Assembly: GCA_963976765.1 (NCBI GenBank)
Contig: CAXBME010000013.1
Span: forward strand, 1-64,000
Length of the DNA stretch: 64,000 bases
Source: an uncultured Planctomycetaceae bacterium
GTDB taxonomy: Bacteria > Planctomycetota > Planctomycetia > Planctomycetales > Planctomycetaceae
Direction of reading: 5' to 3'
Below the pieces are notes generated by a model that worked only from the letters and a program-made list of their open reading frames with translations, searched no databases and was not told the origin of the DNA. The translations under genes and the position numbers were made by a program. Positions 28,628 to 39,168 of the stretch are shown here, piece by piece (within the stretch, counting starts at the first letter, position 1; each line of letters starts with the position of its first letter).

Positions 28628-30730
28628 GTGACCTCAGAAACCAAAACATCTTCCTCGCAGGAATCAACAACTGGCATCACCTGGCGTGAGACGCTGGCAG
28701 TGGTTGCGCTGGCGGTCGGGTTGACGATTGTTTTCTGGCAGCCTCTGTGGACCGGCGGCGGTTTAATCGGTGGAGACACTTACACCTACTTCTTTCCTCA
28801 AAAGCAGTTCTTTGCAGAGCGGCTTGCTGACGGCGAGTTTCCGCTCTGGAACAACCGCAGCGGCTTTGGTTATCCACTCGTCGCGGAAAGTCAGACGGGA
28901 GCGTTCTACCCGCCACACCTGTTGGTCTACCCGCTGCTCGGCGTGAACGAGGGTTACAACGCCGTCCAGATTCTGCACTACATCCTGGCGTTTGCTTTCA
29001 CCTGGTTGCTGGCTCGGGAGTTGAGTCTCAAACCGTTCGGAGCGATCCTCGCCGCGTTGATTTATGTTTACGGTTGGTTTCCGCCGAGGATGTGCCTGGA
29101 GTGGGCGATCATCGGAGGAGCCTGGCTGCCGCTGGCGCTGTGGTGGCTCGAACGCTTTCTCAAAACATGCCACTGGCGATACCTCTGTGGGTTGAGTGTC
29201 ACGATCGGCATGCAACTCCTGGCCGGCCATTTCAATCTGGCGTTTATCACGCTGGTTCTGCTCGTGCTGTTTCTCGGTTTGCGGCTTTTCTTCCATCGGG
29301 ATTCGCTCTCAGAAACGATTGCCTGCCACCGTCTGAAATCTGCTGGCCTGGTTCTTGGCTTTGTCGCGGTTGGATTCGGAATTGCTGCTGCACAAGTCGC
29401 TCCGACCTGGGAACTGAAACAGCTCAGCCAGCGACAGAACGTTTCCGAAGGTCCGGACTTCGACCCGGCCTACGGACATATTCCGCCGCTGTACCTGTCG
29501 CAGATCGTCGCGTCGTGGTGGTTCTGGTACTCGCCCGACATCAACCTGAATCAGGCTCTCAGCCAGCTGACTTTCATATCGAGTTCCGCCGCCACGAACC
29601 ACACCGAAGCGCATCTCTACTTTGGACTCGTTCCGCTGTTCGTGCTCGCGGCGACGTTGTTCTCTGCGCGGTATCGCGGGGCAATCTTCAACCGTTTTAC
29701 GGCAACGTGGTTGCTGCTGAGCATCGCCGGGATCGTCTATGCGACAGGCTTGCTGGTTCCGATGGCTCAGCATCTGCCTGGATTCGGATTTTTCCGAGGC
29801 CCTGGGCGATGGGGAATTCTCGCCGCTCTCGGTGTTGGCCTGATCGTTGGCAAAGCGGCTGGTGCAGTTCTGAAAAATCGGTCCCGCTCAAAACAAGTCA
29901 TCCTGTGCGGCACGGTCTTCGTGCTGGCCGCCGCCGATTTGTGGCATGTCTCGCGCGTTGTTTCCGTCGTCGCTCTGCTTGAGAAGTCACCGCTTCCGAA
30001 TGTTCAGCACAGCCCGGTACGAAAAATTCTCAACGATTATCCGGTCATGCCGCGAGTCTACGGTCCAGGCCCCAACCTGTTGAATCTCCTTGGTCACTCG
30101 TCCGTACCTGAGTACCTTGGTATCGGCCCGACCGAGTACTACGACGAGGAACTCAAGGCGCCGCCCTACGAAGGTCTGACGCCGTCGTTTATCAAGTGGT
30201 GTCGCCATGCCGGCATCACGCATGTTGTCTCGTTCGAGAATCCACACGTGATCGGCAGTTTCTCTCGCGGGAATATTCCGGGCACGCGACTTGTCTTACA
30301 GCAGCCCGATCCATTTCTGAACCCGTCGTGGGCTCGCGGATTCAACGAACCGATCTACCTCACCGAGATCCAGGATTCACGTGGTCGCGTCTCGTTTGCA
30401 GAACCCACAGCCAATCAGAGGGTCGAACTGACATCGCACAACGCAAACACAGCAACCATCGTGGCTGACTCTGCTGAACCCGCAACGGTGGTTCTGACTG
30501 ATCTCTACTTCCCCGGCTGGACGGTTACAGTCGACGGCGAACCAGCAGAGGGATACCGCATTGAAGGAATGTTCCGAGCGGTCGACATCCCGGCTGGCGA
30601 GCACTCGATCGAGTGGACCTATTCCCCCGCAAGCGTTCGCAACGGCCTGTGGATCAGTGTGCTGTCGGTCTTCACGCTGCTGGCCATCGGCCACGTCCGC
30701 TTCTGGCATTTCAGCCCGAAGAAGCTGTGA
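28628..30730 (+). CDS. YfhO-family membrane protein (GT-C-like)
   Basis: GDTYTYFFP, PLWN...GYPL.AESQTGAFYP, C-terminal YFPGWTVTVDG...MFRAV.IPAGEH. Confidence 0.85.
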   Translation: MTSETKTSSSQESTTGITWRETLAVVALAVGLTIVFWQPLWTGGGLIGGDTYTYFFPQKQFFAERLADGEFPLWNNRSGFGYPLVAESQTGAFYPPHLLVYPLLGVNEGYNAVQILHYILAFAFTWLLARELSLKPFGAILAALIYVYGWFPPRMCLEWAIIGGAWLPLALWWLERFLKTCHWRYLCGLSVTIGMQLLAGHFNLAFITLVLLVLFLGLRLFFHRDSLSETIACHRLKSAGLVLGFVAVGFGIAAAQVAPTWELKQLSQRQNVSEGPDFDPAYGHIPPLYLSQIVASWWFWYSPDINLNQALSQLTFISSSAATNHTEAHLYFGLVPLFVLAATLFSARYRGAIFNRFTATWLLLSIAGIVYATGLLVPMAQHLPGFGFFRGPGRWGILAALGVGLIVGKAAGAVLKNRSRSKQVILCGTVFVLAAADLWHVSRVVSVVALLEKSPLPNVQHSPVRKILNDYPVMPRVYGPGPNLLNLLGHSSVPEYLGIGPTEYYDEELKAPPYEGLTPSFIKWCRHAGITHVVSFENPHVIGSFSRGNIPGTRLVLQQPDPFLNPSWARGFNEPIYLTEIQDSRGRVSFAEPTANQRVELTSHNANTATIVADSAEPATVVLTDLYFPGWTVTVDGEPAEGYRIEGMFRAVDIPAGEHSIEWTYSPASVRNGLWISVLSVFTLLAIGHVRFWHFSPKKL

Positions 30731-30840
30731 TTCTTCCGGACAACAAAAAGTAGCAGACGTGCTTCGTGCGGTCGGTTGCCTGCTAACAACGAATCCAGCA
30801 ACTGATCCGGCGAAGCGTACAACTTGAACAGAACGTACGA

Positions 30841-30880
30841 AAAAAGCCCGGTCTCGTGATGAGGCCGGGCTTTCTGTTTT
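30841..30880. terminator. Bidirectional terminator between convergent genes
   Basis: AAAAAGCCCGGTCTC-GTGAT-GAGGCCGGGCTTTCTGTTTT. Confidence 0.8.
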
Positions 30881-30938
30881 CCAGTATCGACGTTCTGCCG
30901 GAGTCTTAAATCTGATGCCGTTTTCGTGAAACGGTGTG

Positions 30939-31496
30939 CTACTGGATAATCTTGTTGAGGTCTTTCAGAACGACTTCCGTGTCTTTCTTGTCGAACTTGC
31001 CTTTTGCGTAGGCGTGATTCGACTGAACGGTCAGACCTTTCCACAACAGAACGGTGGTCTCAGCATCCTTTGAAATCTTGTAAGTTTCAGGACCGGTCAC
31101 GCCGTCAAACATGGTGAGCGGTACTGACTTGAGTTCGTGCTTCTTTGCAAGCTCTTCCAGTTTCTTCTCGTCTTTGTCTGGATCATTCGTCAGGAGGACG
31201 ACGAATGACTTGAGCTGCTTGTCTTCGTTCTTTGCGACGGCTTCGTCCAGCTTTTTGACCAGACCAGCCAGGTCATCATTGATCTCGCGAGTAAAGATTG
31301 CCGCAACCGGACGTCCACCAAATTTACATCGATAGCAAAGCGACTTGTCCTTGTTGGGGCCAGTTACGTCTTTGACCAGGAAGAACCCGGCCTTTTCGTT
31401 GGGCTGAAGCCCGGATTTTACGCCGTCAGCGGCGAAACTGGCTGCGGATGCCGCAGCAATTGCCAACACAACGGACGATGCCAGAAGTCTGTTCAT
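30939..31496 (-). CDS. Secreted hypothetical protein, possible thioredoxin-like fold (CYRC)
   Basis: GGAG RBS, signal peptide ASFA, KSGLQP..DVTGP..SLCYRC. Confidence 0.8.
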   Translation of the reverse strand: MNRLLASSVVLAIAAASAASFAADGVKSGLQPNEKAGFFLVKDVTGPNKDKSLCYRCKFGGRPVAAIFTREINDDLAGLVKKLDEAVAKNEDKQLKSFVVLLTNDPDKDEKKLEELAKKHELKSVPLTMFDGVTGPETYKISKDAETTVLLWKGLTVQSNHAYAKGKFDKKDTEVVLKDLNKIIQ

Positions 31497-31642
31497 CGAA
31501 ATCTCCAAAACAGTGAACGGAAAAGTGGACTCCGGCAGGAGTCTGTGAAACCTCAGCGTAGTCACTCCGACAGCGGTTTGACTACTGACAGCAATGAATG
31601 GTCTCACGCCGTCGAAAATCAAACCGTGCTGTATTTCACAGA

Positions 31643-33424
31643 TCAGCCTGCTGATTCAAGTTCTTCCTGAAGTTCGCACCAGCGTTCTTCGGCGGCCGCA
31701 AGTTCTTCCGTCAGTCGAGTGACTTCCTCATGCAGCCGCATCGCCTCGTCAGGATCGGTTTCCTGGAGAAGTTGAGCGTTGAACTCGTTCTTTTCTTTGT
31801 CGAGTCGAGCGATCAGTTTTTCGTTCTTCGATAACTCTTTGCGAACCATGCGTTCGTCGCGAACCGGCGCTCTGGGAGTCAGCGTCTTCGTCAGGCCGGG
31901 AGAAGCCTTCGAGCTGGCGTGTCTGGCCCGCTCGCCTTCGTCAATTTCGCGATTGACTGCGTAGAGGTAGGCGTTGTAATCGCCTCCGTAGTTGGTCACT
32001 TTTCCGTCACGAACTTCGATGACGCTCGTCGCGATGCGGCTCATAAAGTGCCGATCATGGCTCGTGAAAATGACGGTGCCTTTGTAATCGAGCAGCGCGG
32101 TCGCGAGCGCTTCGATGGTGTCGACGTCCAAATGGTTGCCGGGTTCGTCGAGAATCAGGATGTTGTGTTCGTTCAGCAGAATTCCGGCCATGCAGAGTCG
32201 GGCGCGTTCGCCTCCGGAAAGTACGGAGATTTTCTTTTTAACCGCCGCCCCCTTGAACAACATTGCGCCGGCAACCTTCAGAATCGACTGCATCGACGTT
32301 CCAGGCAGTGCGTGGTAATCAAGATAGCCCTGCACGGTTTCGTCTGGCGGAAGTGTCGTGTAGACGTGTTGCGCGTACGTGCCGATGTTACAGCCGTAAC
32401 CCCATTTCACGTTGCCGGAAACAGGGGCGAGTGAGTTGACGATCGTTCGTAGAAACGTCGTCTTTCCTTGACCGTTGTCGCCGACAATCGCCGCTCGTTC
32501 GCCGTGCTCAATCTCGACATCGATGCCGGTTGCGACGGTGTGATCGGGATAACCGATGGAAAGATTCTGACATCGAACAGCCGGGCCGCGTCGTGGTTCG
32601 ACCACCGGCGTGCGGATGAAAGCTGTCGGCTCGTCGGCTTCGATTTCTTCCGTCTGGAGCCTCTCCAGCTGCTTCGCTTTCGAGCGTGCCTGTGATGCGG
32701 TGTTGGCGTTGGCCCGGTTCTTGTCGATAAAACGTTGCAATTGCTTCTGCTTGGCGATGATGGCAGCGTTAGCTCGTTCAGTGCGTTCCCGTTCCTCGGC
32801 AACTTTCTGGAGGTACGCATCAACCTTGCCCGGATACAGCGTGAGGATGCCTCGGTCCAGATCGAGCGTGTGGCTGCACGTCGCGTTTAAGAAGGCGCGA
32901 TCGTGAGAGACGATCAGACAGGCTTCGCGGTAGTTGCGCAGAAAATGTTCGAGCAGAATCTGCGTACGCAGGTCGAGAAAGTTGGTCGGCTCGTCGAGTA
33001 AAAGAAGGTTTGGCTCGTGTAGAAGCAGCGCTGCCAGTTTGACTCGCGTCTGCCAGCCGCCGGACAGTTCCTTGACGGGGCCTTCGAGGTAAGCGCCTTT
33101 CAGCTCAAACTCGCCCGCGACTTCGCCGCATTTCCAGTCCGGCTGGCCGCTGTCCCGCATCAGAAAATCAAGTGCCGACTCGCCCGGTTCAAACGGGTCG
33201 TGCTGCCTGAGATAACCGACTCGCAGATTCGGGTGACGAATAATTTCGCCCCGGTCGAGTTCTTCTTCGTCGAGCAGAATCTTCAGCAGCGTCGACTTCC
33301 CGGCTCCGTTCCGGCCGATGAAGCCGACCTTCACATCTTCAATCAGCGTCGCCTCGGCACCATCCAGGAGTACCTGTTCGCCGTAGCTTTTATGAGCATC
33401 CAGAATCTGCAGCAGCACAGCCAT
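31643..33424 (-). CDS. ABC-F family ATPase
   Basis: Two NBDs (GRNGAGKST/LSGGW; GDNGQGKTT/LSGGE), SHDR motifs, no TM, C-terminal coiled coil. Confidence 0.95.
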   Translation of the reverse strand: MAVLLQILDAHKSYGEQVLLDGAEATLIEDVKVGFIGRNGAGKSTLLKILLDEEELDRGEIIRHPNLRVGYLRQHDPFEPGESALDFLMRDSGQPDWKCGEVAGEFELKGAYLEGPVKELSGGWQTRVKLAALLLHEPNLLLLDEPTNFLDLRTQILLEHFLRNYREACLIVSHDRAFLNATCSHTLDLDRGILTLYPGKVDAYLQKVAEERERTERANAAIIAKQKQLQRFIDKNRANANTASQARSKAKQLERLQTEEIEADEPTAFIRTPVVEPRRGPAVRCQNLSIGYPDHTVATGIDVEIEHGERAAIVGDNGQGKTTFLRTIVNSLAPVSGNVKWGYGCNIGTYAQHVYTTLPPDETVQGYLDYHALPGTSMQSILKVAGAMLFKGAAVKKKISVLSGGERARLCMAGILLNEHNILILDEPGNHLDVDTIEALATALLDYKGTVIFTSHDRHFMSRIATSVIEVRDGKVTNYGGDYNAYLYAVNREIDEGERARHASSKASPGLTKTLTPRAPVRDERMVRKELSKNEKLIARLDKEKNEFNAQLLQETDPDEAMRLHEEVTRLTEELAAAEERWCELQEELESAG

Positions 33425-33833
33425 TTTACAATCCGGTCATCGCGTCAGAGGGTGAAACGGCGGATGGTACGCAGTTGGCGCGGAGTCTTGAACCGACAGG
33501 CCTGCATCCAGAAGATTGCAGCGTCAAACTCCAGGCGGGGGTGATTTCAAGCGTGGCGAAACAGCCACGAACCGATGCAATCGCAAAAAACGCTCCTGAC
33601 GGTGCAACCGGACTGTGCAACGCAGAAGGCTCGACTTTCCGGATCGGTCTGGGACTCAAACTTTGACACGACCTGCGGCGCCTGCACAATTGGATGAATA
33701 CCTCCGTGATCCCGTCTGCAACTGAGGCTCCGTGTTCCTCATTGAGTTCTCGCGTTGGCGGTTTCAACCACTTCACCTCAGGCTGTCCGGGCCAGTTCCG
33801 CCTGCCTTTGCTTTTTCAGGAGACGGTCAATCC

Positions 33834-35468
33834 ATGTCAACTTCCGTGACAGAGACCGAACTAAACGCCGCTGAGACTCCCGATTCGGATTACGATCCGT
33901 CTGTCGCAGATGTCAACATGCTGGAAGACAAGCTTCCCGAATGGTTTCGAACGCCCGCTATCGGGGCTGGTTTTACCTTCCTGATCGGATTGACGTATTT
34001 CTTCTTCGATCGGCTGCAACCGATCACGCACACTGACGTCTGGGGGCATCTCACCTACGGTCGACTGCTCTGGGAAACCGGTACATTGCCGTCGACGGAA
34101 CCGCTGATGCCGCTTTCGTACGGCGTTCCATTTGTGAATTCTGCCTGGCTCAGTCAACTGATCGCTTATGCCGGGTATCTGGTTGTTGGCAATGCTGCGA
34201 TCACTTTCCTGTTCGCGTTCTGCGTTGCTGCTACTCTGGGCGTTCTGACGCGCCGAGTTTACAACCGAACTCACAGTGCGATGTTCGCTCTGGGCGGATT
34301 CGCGTTGACGATGTGGGTCGAGTATCAGCAGCTCATCGTGCAGCGTCCGCAGATTGTCGGCCTGCTGTTCTACGCTGTTCTTCTTTCGATTCTGCTCCGT
34401 CGAGAATGGTCGAGTAAAAACTGGGCTGTCGTGCCGGTCATGTTTGCACTGTGGGCGAACATGCACGGTTCGTTCATCGTCGGACTGGGGCTGCTCGGCT
34501 GCTTCGTGATCGGTCGCGGAGTCGACCTTGTTCGTCGTACCGGCAAAGTCGAGATCCTGTTTCGCGACAACAAGCTTCGCCGGCTGGTTCTGCTGACAGA
34601 ACTCGGCGCCGTCGCCGCTCTGTTGAATCCGTACGGGCTGAGCCTTTACTCAGAAGTTCTCAGCTTTGGAAACAACCCGAACCTTCAGTCGATTATCGAG
34701 TGGCAATCGCTGCAAATTCGGATGGCTCAAGGACAGGCGGCCGCGATTGCCGGCCTGGTCCTGTTCCTGGTCTATCGAATCAGTCCTCGCCGCGTATCGA
34801 CTGCTGAGGTGCTTGCGTTGGCCGTCTTCGGCGCCGCTGCGCTCTGGACGTCACGAATGATTGTCTGGTGGGGGCCGCTGGCTGGCTGTTTTGCCGCGAT
34901 TCATGCCGGAGCTGCCTGGCGACAATGGCAGGGGGGAGCTGTTTCGCCGGAACCCGCACCGCGGGCGAGCCTCTGGACCATCGTCATGATGGGCATCGTG
35001 TTTATCTTCTTCGAGCTTTCCCACCTGGGCACGGTCACGCTGGCTATGGCCGCCGGAAAAGACATCGAGAAAATCACCGACCGGGTTCCGCTGAGCCGAC
35101 TGACACCAGTCGCCGCGACCGAGTATCTCAAAGAACACCCGCCGGAAGGGCTGGTCTTCTGCACGTACGAATGGGGCGACTACCTGCTGTGGGCCGGCCC
35201 GAAAGACATGAAAGTCTTTGTTGCCTCGCACTGCCATCTGGTTCCGAAAGACGTCTGGGACGACTACATGGGCATCGTTCAGATGCAGGGTAGCTGGCTG
35301 GCCATGCTGAAACGTTACGGCATCAATACGGTCGTCATTGATGAAGAATATCGCGAGCCAATGATTATGAGGCTGTACGAAGACAAGGACTGGAAGATGC
35401 TGTTCCGGCAGGATGGTCAGGCCATTTTTCAACGCGTGAATCCGATCGAGATTGACTCGAAGTCGTAA
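33834..35468 (+). CDS. Polytopic membrane protein, probable GT-C-like
   Basis: TDVWGHL.YGR, RPQ, LWANMHGSF, LNPYG, IIEWQ, YEWGDYL; AGGAG RBS. Confidence 0.7.
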   Translation: MSTSVTETELNAAETPDSDYDPSVADVNMLEDKLPEWFRTPAIGAGFTFLIGLTYFFFDRLQPITHTDVWGHLTYGRLLWETGTLPSTEPLMPLSYGVPFVNSAWLSQLIAYAGYLVVGNAAITFLFAFCVAATLGVLTRRVYNRTHSAMFALGGFALTMWVEYQQLIVQRPQIVGLLFYAVLLSILLRREWSSKNWAVVPVMFALWANMHGSFIVGLGLLGCFVIGRGVDLVRRTGKVEILFRDNKLRRLVLLTELGAVAALLNPYGLSLYSEVLSFGNNPNLQSIIEWQSLQIRMAQGQAAAIAGLVLFLVYRISPRRVSTAEVLALAVFGAAALWTSRMIVWWGPLAGCFAAIHAGAAWRQWQGGAVSPEPAPRASLWTIVMMGIVFIFFELSHLGTVTLAMAAGKDIEKITDRVPLSRLTPVAATEYLKEHPPEGLVFCTYEWGDYLLWAGPKDMKVFVASHCHLVPKDVWDDYMGIVQMQGSWLAMLKRYGINTVVIDEEYREPMIMRLYEDKDWKMLFRQDGQAIFQRVNPIEIDSKS

Positions 35469-35560
35469 CTCCTTTCGTTGAAGTTGCGATCTTCGGACTC
35501 GTTCTTTCATTGCATCTCCGGGACGCCGACCCGGTTTTCTGAATCGGCAGGGCAATCACT

Positions 35561-37024
35561 ATGAAGAAACAGAAAAGCTCGAAACTGACAGGCTTTGTGG
35601 CCGTTCAGATCGTGACCTGCGTCGCCTTCGGCGGTGGCTGGCTGGCACTGGCGCCGGCGCAGGCTGAACGATTCGAAGAAGTCATCACGGGCGAAGTGAA
35701 GTTCACTCCACCAAAGATTGAACGAACCGAACCGCTTGTCATCAAGCCGTTGTACGATGATCCAGAAGTCGTCAGTGACGAAGAACTGGCCGCCGTGCTG
35801 CTTCAGGTTCAGCCGAGATTTCCAGCGGACAAACTGAAGCCGAACCACGTCGAGCACGCTCTTCGGACGTGGCATGTCGATGCTGAGTTTCAGGATCCTG
35901 CCGTCATGTCCGGAACAGACATGCGAGACCTGCTACTCGACCACGGACGGTTTCTCCTTTCGTGGGGACCGGACATTCAACCGTTGCTGGAAGATCGTCC
36001 CACCGGCGTCTACGTTCGCTGGGGCCACGACACTGGGGCCTCGGTTCATCACGATCATACACTGGCCTGTCTGTCAGAAGCGGGAGTTCCTCTGGATCAG
36101 CCAGTGCGAAGTCCAGGTCGACCAAACGGCACGCTCAAGCAGATGATCGAACAGGCCATCTACGACTTCGATCTCGACGAGCGGGAAACTGAATGGTCAG
36201 CGATGGGCTTTGGCCTGTGGCTGTCTCCTCAGAAGGAATGGATCAACGGCCAACGCCGAAAGTTGAATTTCGATATGATTGCCCGGCGACAGATGCGAGG
36301 CCACAAGACGTACGGCGTTTGCGGCGGAACTCATCGAGTCTATTCATTGATGTCACTCGTCCGGCTCGATGATGAATTCGATATTCTGTCGGACGAAGTT
36401 CGCGCAGAAGCGATGACCTATCTCGGAAGTGTTCGAGACATCCTGATGGTCACTCAGCATGAAGACGGACACTGGCCATACAACTGGCCGGACGGCGTCG
36501 CCGCACTCGAACATCCCGAAGACTACGATGCCTACAAAGACGTTATCGCGACCGGCCATCACCTTGAATGGCTGGCCATCGCTCCGGAAGAACTTCACCC
36601 GCCGCGTGAGATGATCCTGAAAGCGGCTGACTGGATCATCGAAAACACGACGTCGAAGACAAAGGCAGAGATCCTCAGCAACTACACGTTCTACAGCCAC
36701 GTTGGCAACGCGCTGTCACTGTGGCGAAACACTCGCGCTTCCGTCTTCTGGAAGCAATGGGAGGCCGAGCATCCGTTCCAGGCAGAAGGTTCAGACGAAG
36801 TCGCGGTCAACGACAAAGCCGCTGGGACGAATGCAGCCACCGATCCAGCAGCCACCGATCTAACCGCAACGGACGTTGAGGACTCGGCGGACGCTGACTC
36901 GTCGAAAGAGTCAGCTGAAAGCTCGACTACAACCGACGAGGCATCACCATCCGTCAGCAAAGAATCCACCGAGGAAGAGGCTGATGCTGAACCCCAGCCT
37001 CTGATCGTTCCACTCGAACTTTGA
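35561..37024 (+). CDS. Exported hypothetical protein with His motifs and acidic low-complexity tail
   Basis: N-terminal signal/anchor; HHDH, CGGTH, TGHHLEW. Confidence 0.8.
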   Translation: MKKQKSSKLTGFVAVQIVTCVAFGGGWLALAPAQAERFEEVITGEVKFTPPKIERTEPLVIKPLYDDPEVVSDEELAAVLLQVQPRFPADKLKPNHVEHALRTWHVDAEFQDPAVMSGTDMRDLLLDHGRFLLSWGPDIQPLLEDRPTGVYVRWGHDTGASVHHDHTLACLSEAGVPLDQPVRSPGRPNGTLKQMIEQAIYDFDLDERETEWSAMGFGLWLSPQKEWINGQRRKLNFDMIARRQMRGHKTYGVCGGTHRVYSLMSLVRLDDEFDILSDEVRAEAMTYLGSVRDILMVTQHEDGHWPYNWPDGVAALEHPEDYDAYKDVIATGHHLEWLAIAPEELHPPREMILKAADWIIENTTSKTKAEILSNYTFYSHVGNALSLWRNTRASVFWKQWEAEHPFQAEGSDEVAVNDKAAGTNAATDPAATDLTATDVEDSADADSSKESAESSTTTDEASPSVSKESTEEEADAEPQPLIVPLEL

Positions 37025-37138
37025 GAATGCTGCCCGGAACGTGGCAATGGCAGGCTTCTTTTGTGCTGACCGAGTTTGAGGCATGACCTGTCCCTTCCTG
37101 CCGAAACTCACGATCCTCGACGAGTCACCACGATTGTT

Positions 37139-37177
37139 AAAAGCCCGGAGGCGACACGCTGTCACCTCCGGGCTTTT
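37139..37177. terminator. Bidirectional terminator
   Basis: AAAAGCCCGGAGGCGACA-CGC-TGTCACCTCCGGGCTTTT. Confidence 0.85.
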
Positions 37178-37217
37178 CGATTGTCTTTCAGGGAGTGTTT
37201 TTCAGGCAGGCAGACAG

Positions 37218-37952
37218 CTATTCGTCGAGCGCTTTGAGAATCGACTCGACGGCCTGTTTTGCGAGGGCTTCCGAACCCGCCTTCGTGAAGTGGACGTTCG
37301 CCGGCAACTGGAGTTTGTCGAGTTTATCAATGCAGAAGGCATACTGGTCGTCGATGGCGATGCCGTTTTCGTCCATGATCTTTCTGGCGACGGCGTTGTA
37401 CTTTGCGGAGTCGCCCACAACCCGGCCTTTGCAGCCTTCCGGAACCGGAGTCGTCGATCGCCAGATCAGTTTTGCCTGGGACTTCTTCAGCCGGGCAACC
37501 AGCTTCCGAAGGTTCTTTTCGTACTCGTCGATCGGAACCTGCTGGGCACTGTCTTTCGCTTTTGGATCGGCGAGGTTCTGGCCTTGCGGGCCCATGTACT
37601 TCAAATCGTGCAGTCCCCAGTTGAAGTGAATCACGTCCCACTTCCCATCACCCAGCCATTGCTCAATTTCCGCGACACCTTTCGTTGTCGGGCCACAATT
37701 GGTCAATGGACGATGCACGTTGGCTTTGCCCTTCAGCAACTCACGAACCGGTACTGTGTAGCCGATCGAAATCGAATCACCGATCAACAGGACTCGCGGC
37801 AACCCGGCCACGTCTTCGACTTTCGCCATCGCCGGATTGGGTTGTCGTTTCGGTGGAGTCTTCTTCTTTTTCGCATCTTCAGCCGACGCTCCCTGCGGAA
37901 CGAACAACGCAGCAGTCAGCAGAAAAACGATCGCATATCGGACAGTTTTCAT
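37218..37952 (-). CDS. SGNH/GDSL hydrolase, secreted
   Basis: LIGDSIS, FNWGLHD, NVHF. Confidence 0.92.
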   Translation of the reverse strand: MKTVRYAIVFLLTAALFVPQGASAEDAKKKKTPPKRQPNPAMAKVEDVAGLPRVLLIGDSISIGYTVPVRELLKGKANVHRPLTNCGPTTKGVAEIEQWLGDGKWDVIHFNWGLHDLKYMGPQGQNLADPKAKDSAQQVPIDEYEKNLRKLVARLKKSQAKLIWRSTTPVPEGCKGRVVGDSAKYNAVARKIMDENGIAIDDQYAFCIDKLDKLQLPANVHFTKAGSEALAKQAVESILKALDE

Positions 37953-38069
37953 TCGGTGATTCTCCAGAGTAGGTCGGGCAGTGAGCGGTTGATATTCTCG
38001 ACCGAAAGGTAACCATCCTGCCTCTGATCGCGAAGTGTCTCAAGGAAACGGAAGAAATCGCAGGCCGCT

Positions 38070-38864
38070 ATGGACAACGTCTTTCTAACGGCCGCGGCGG
38101 TCATTGCCTGTCAGATGGTCTTCCTCTGGTTGCTCAGTCTTCCCCTTCGCAATGTCAGCATTGTCGATATCGGCTGGGGGCTGGGTTTTGTGTTTGTCGC
38201 GTGGCTCGCTGCTCCGAAGGCCGATGGGCCTCCGGTGTTGCTCTACTCGCTGGTCACCGCTTGGGGTGTGCGGCTGGCGTGGTACTTGTGGCTTCGAAAT
38301 CACGGCAAACCGGAAGACCATCGCTACGTCGCGATGCGTGAGAAGCATGGCTCGTCATTTGTCTGGTCGAGCCTGCTGAGAGTCTTCGTCCTGCAAGGTG
38401 TCATCATGTGGGTAATTGCGTTGCCGATCATGGCTGCCGGAGAAGAAGCGGTTTCAGAACCGTGCTGGATCCTGGCAGCTTGCGGCGTTGTGCTCTGGCT
38501 GGCTGGCATGTTCTTTGAAGTTGTCGGCGACTGGCAGCTGGCCAGATTCAAGTCGAACGTCGACAATCAGGGCAAAGTCATGGACTCCGGCTTGTGGAAA
38601 TATACCCGTCACCCGAATTACTTCGGTGAGTTTGTGATTTGGTGGGGCCACTGGGGGGTCTGTCTTGGATTGACTGATCCGACAAAAACGTGGTGGACGA
38701 TTATCAGTCCAGCATTGATGACATTCCTGCTGCTGAAAGTTTCCGGGGTCGCCTTACTGGAGCAAACCCTCAAACAACGTTCTCCGGAATACGCTTCGTA
38801 CATCAGGCGAACGAGCCCGTTTTTTCCCCGTCGCCCACGAGTCAGTCCGTCAGCGGACCGCTGA
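38070..38864 (+). CDS. DUF1295 (steroid 5-alpha-reductase-like) membrane protein
   Basis: SIVDIGW, EDHRY, GDWQL.RFK, GLWKYTRHPNYFGE. Confidence 0.92.
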   Translation: MDNVFLTAAAVIACQMVFLWLLSLPLRNVSIVDIGWGLGFVFVAWLAAPKADGPPVLLYSLVTAWGVRLAWYLWLRNHGKPEDHRYVAMREKHGSSFVWSSLLRVFVLQGVIMWVIALPIMAAGEEAVSEPCWILAACGVVLWLAGMFFEVVGDWQLARFKSNVDNQGKVMDSGLWKYTRHPNYFGEFVIWWGHWGVCLGLTDPTKTWWTIISPALMTFLLLKVSGVALLEQTLKQRSPEYASYIRRTSPFFPRRPRVSPSADR

Positions 38865-38992
38865 CGTGACGGTCGTGCAGATTTGCGGGCGTTTTCGCAC
38901 CACTTACCGCTTTTGTGGTCAGATGCCGAAGTGACAGCTTAGTCAGCATGTTACCCAGGCGGATGATTGTTATTTTGGCTGTTTATGCAACG

Positions 38993-39077
38993 GGACAAGT
39001 ACACTTGTTCTAACTCTCGAAACGGCGCAATCTATGTGTTACTCGTGCGACTGAAGCAGGTCGGAACACGGCTGTTC
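38993..39077. promoter_or_regulatory. Candidate LexA operators upstream of lexA
   Basis: GGACAAGT-AC-ACTTGTTC (38993-39010) and GAACA-CGGC-TGTTC (39064-39077). Confidence 0.4.
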
Positions 39078-39168
39078 TCTGACGGTTTATCGTCTGGAGA
39101 CAGAGGTGTCTGTGGATTTCGCGTTACCCATCGGGCTTCCCCCTTTATCAGAAGGCCTCACCAGAAAA

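Noticed and set aside
37083..38012. 309-aa plus-strand ORF, and similar long overlapping ORFs (27344..28246, 29074..29982, 43253..44167, 54741..55604)
   Set aside because: Antisense or alternative-frame shadows of well-supported genes in GC-rich DNA, with no motifs
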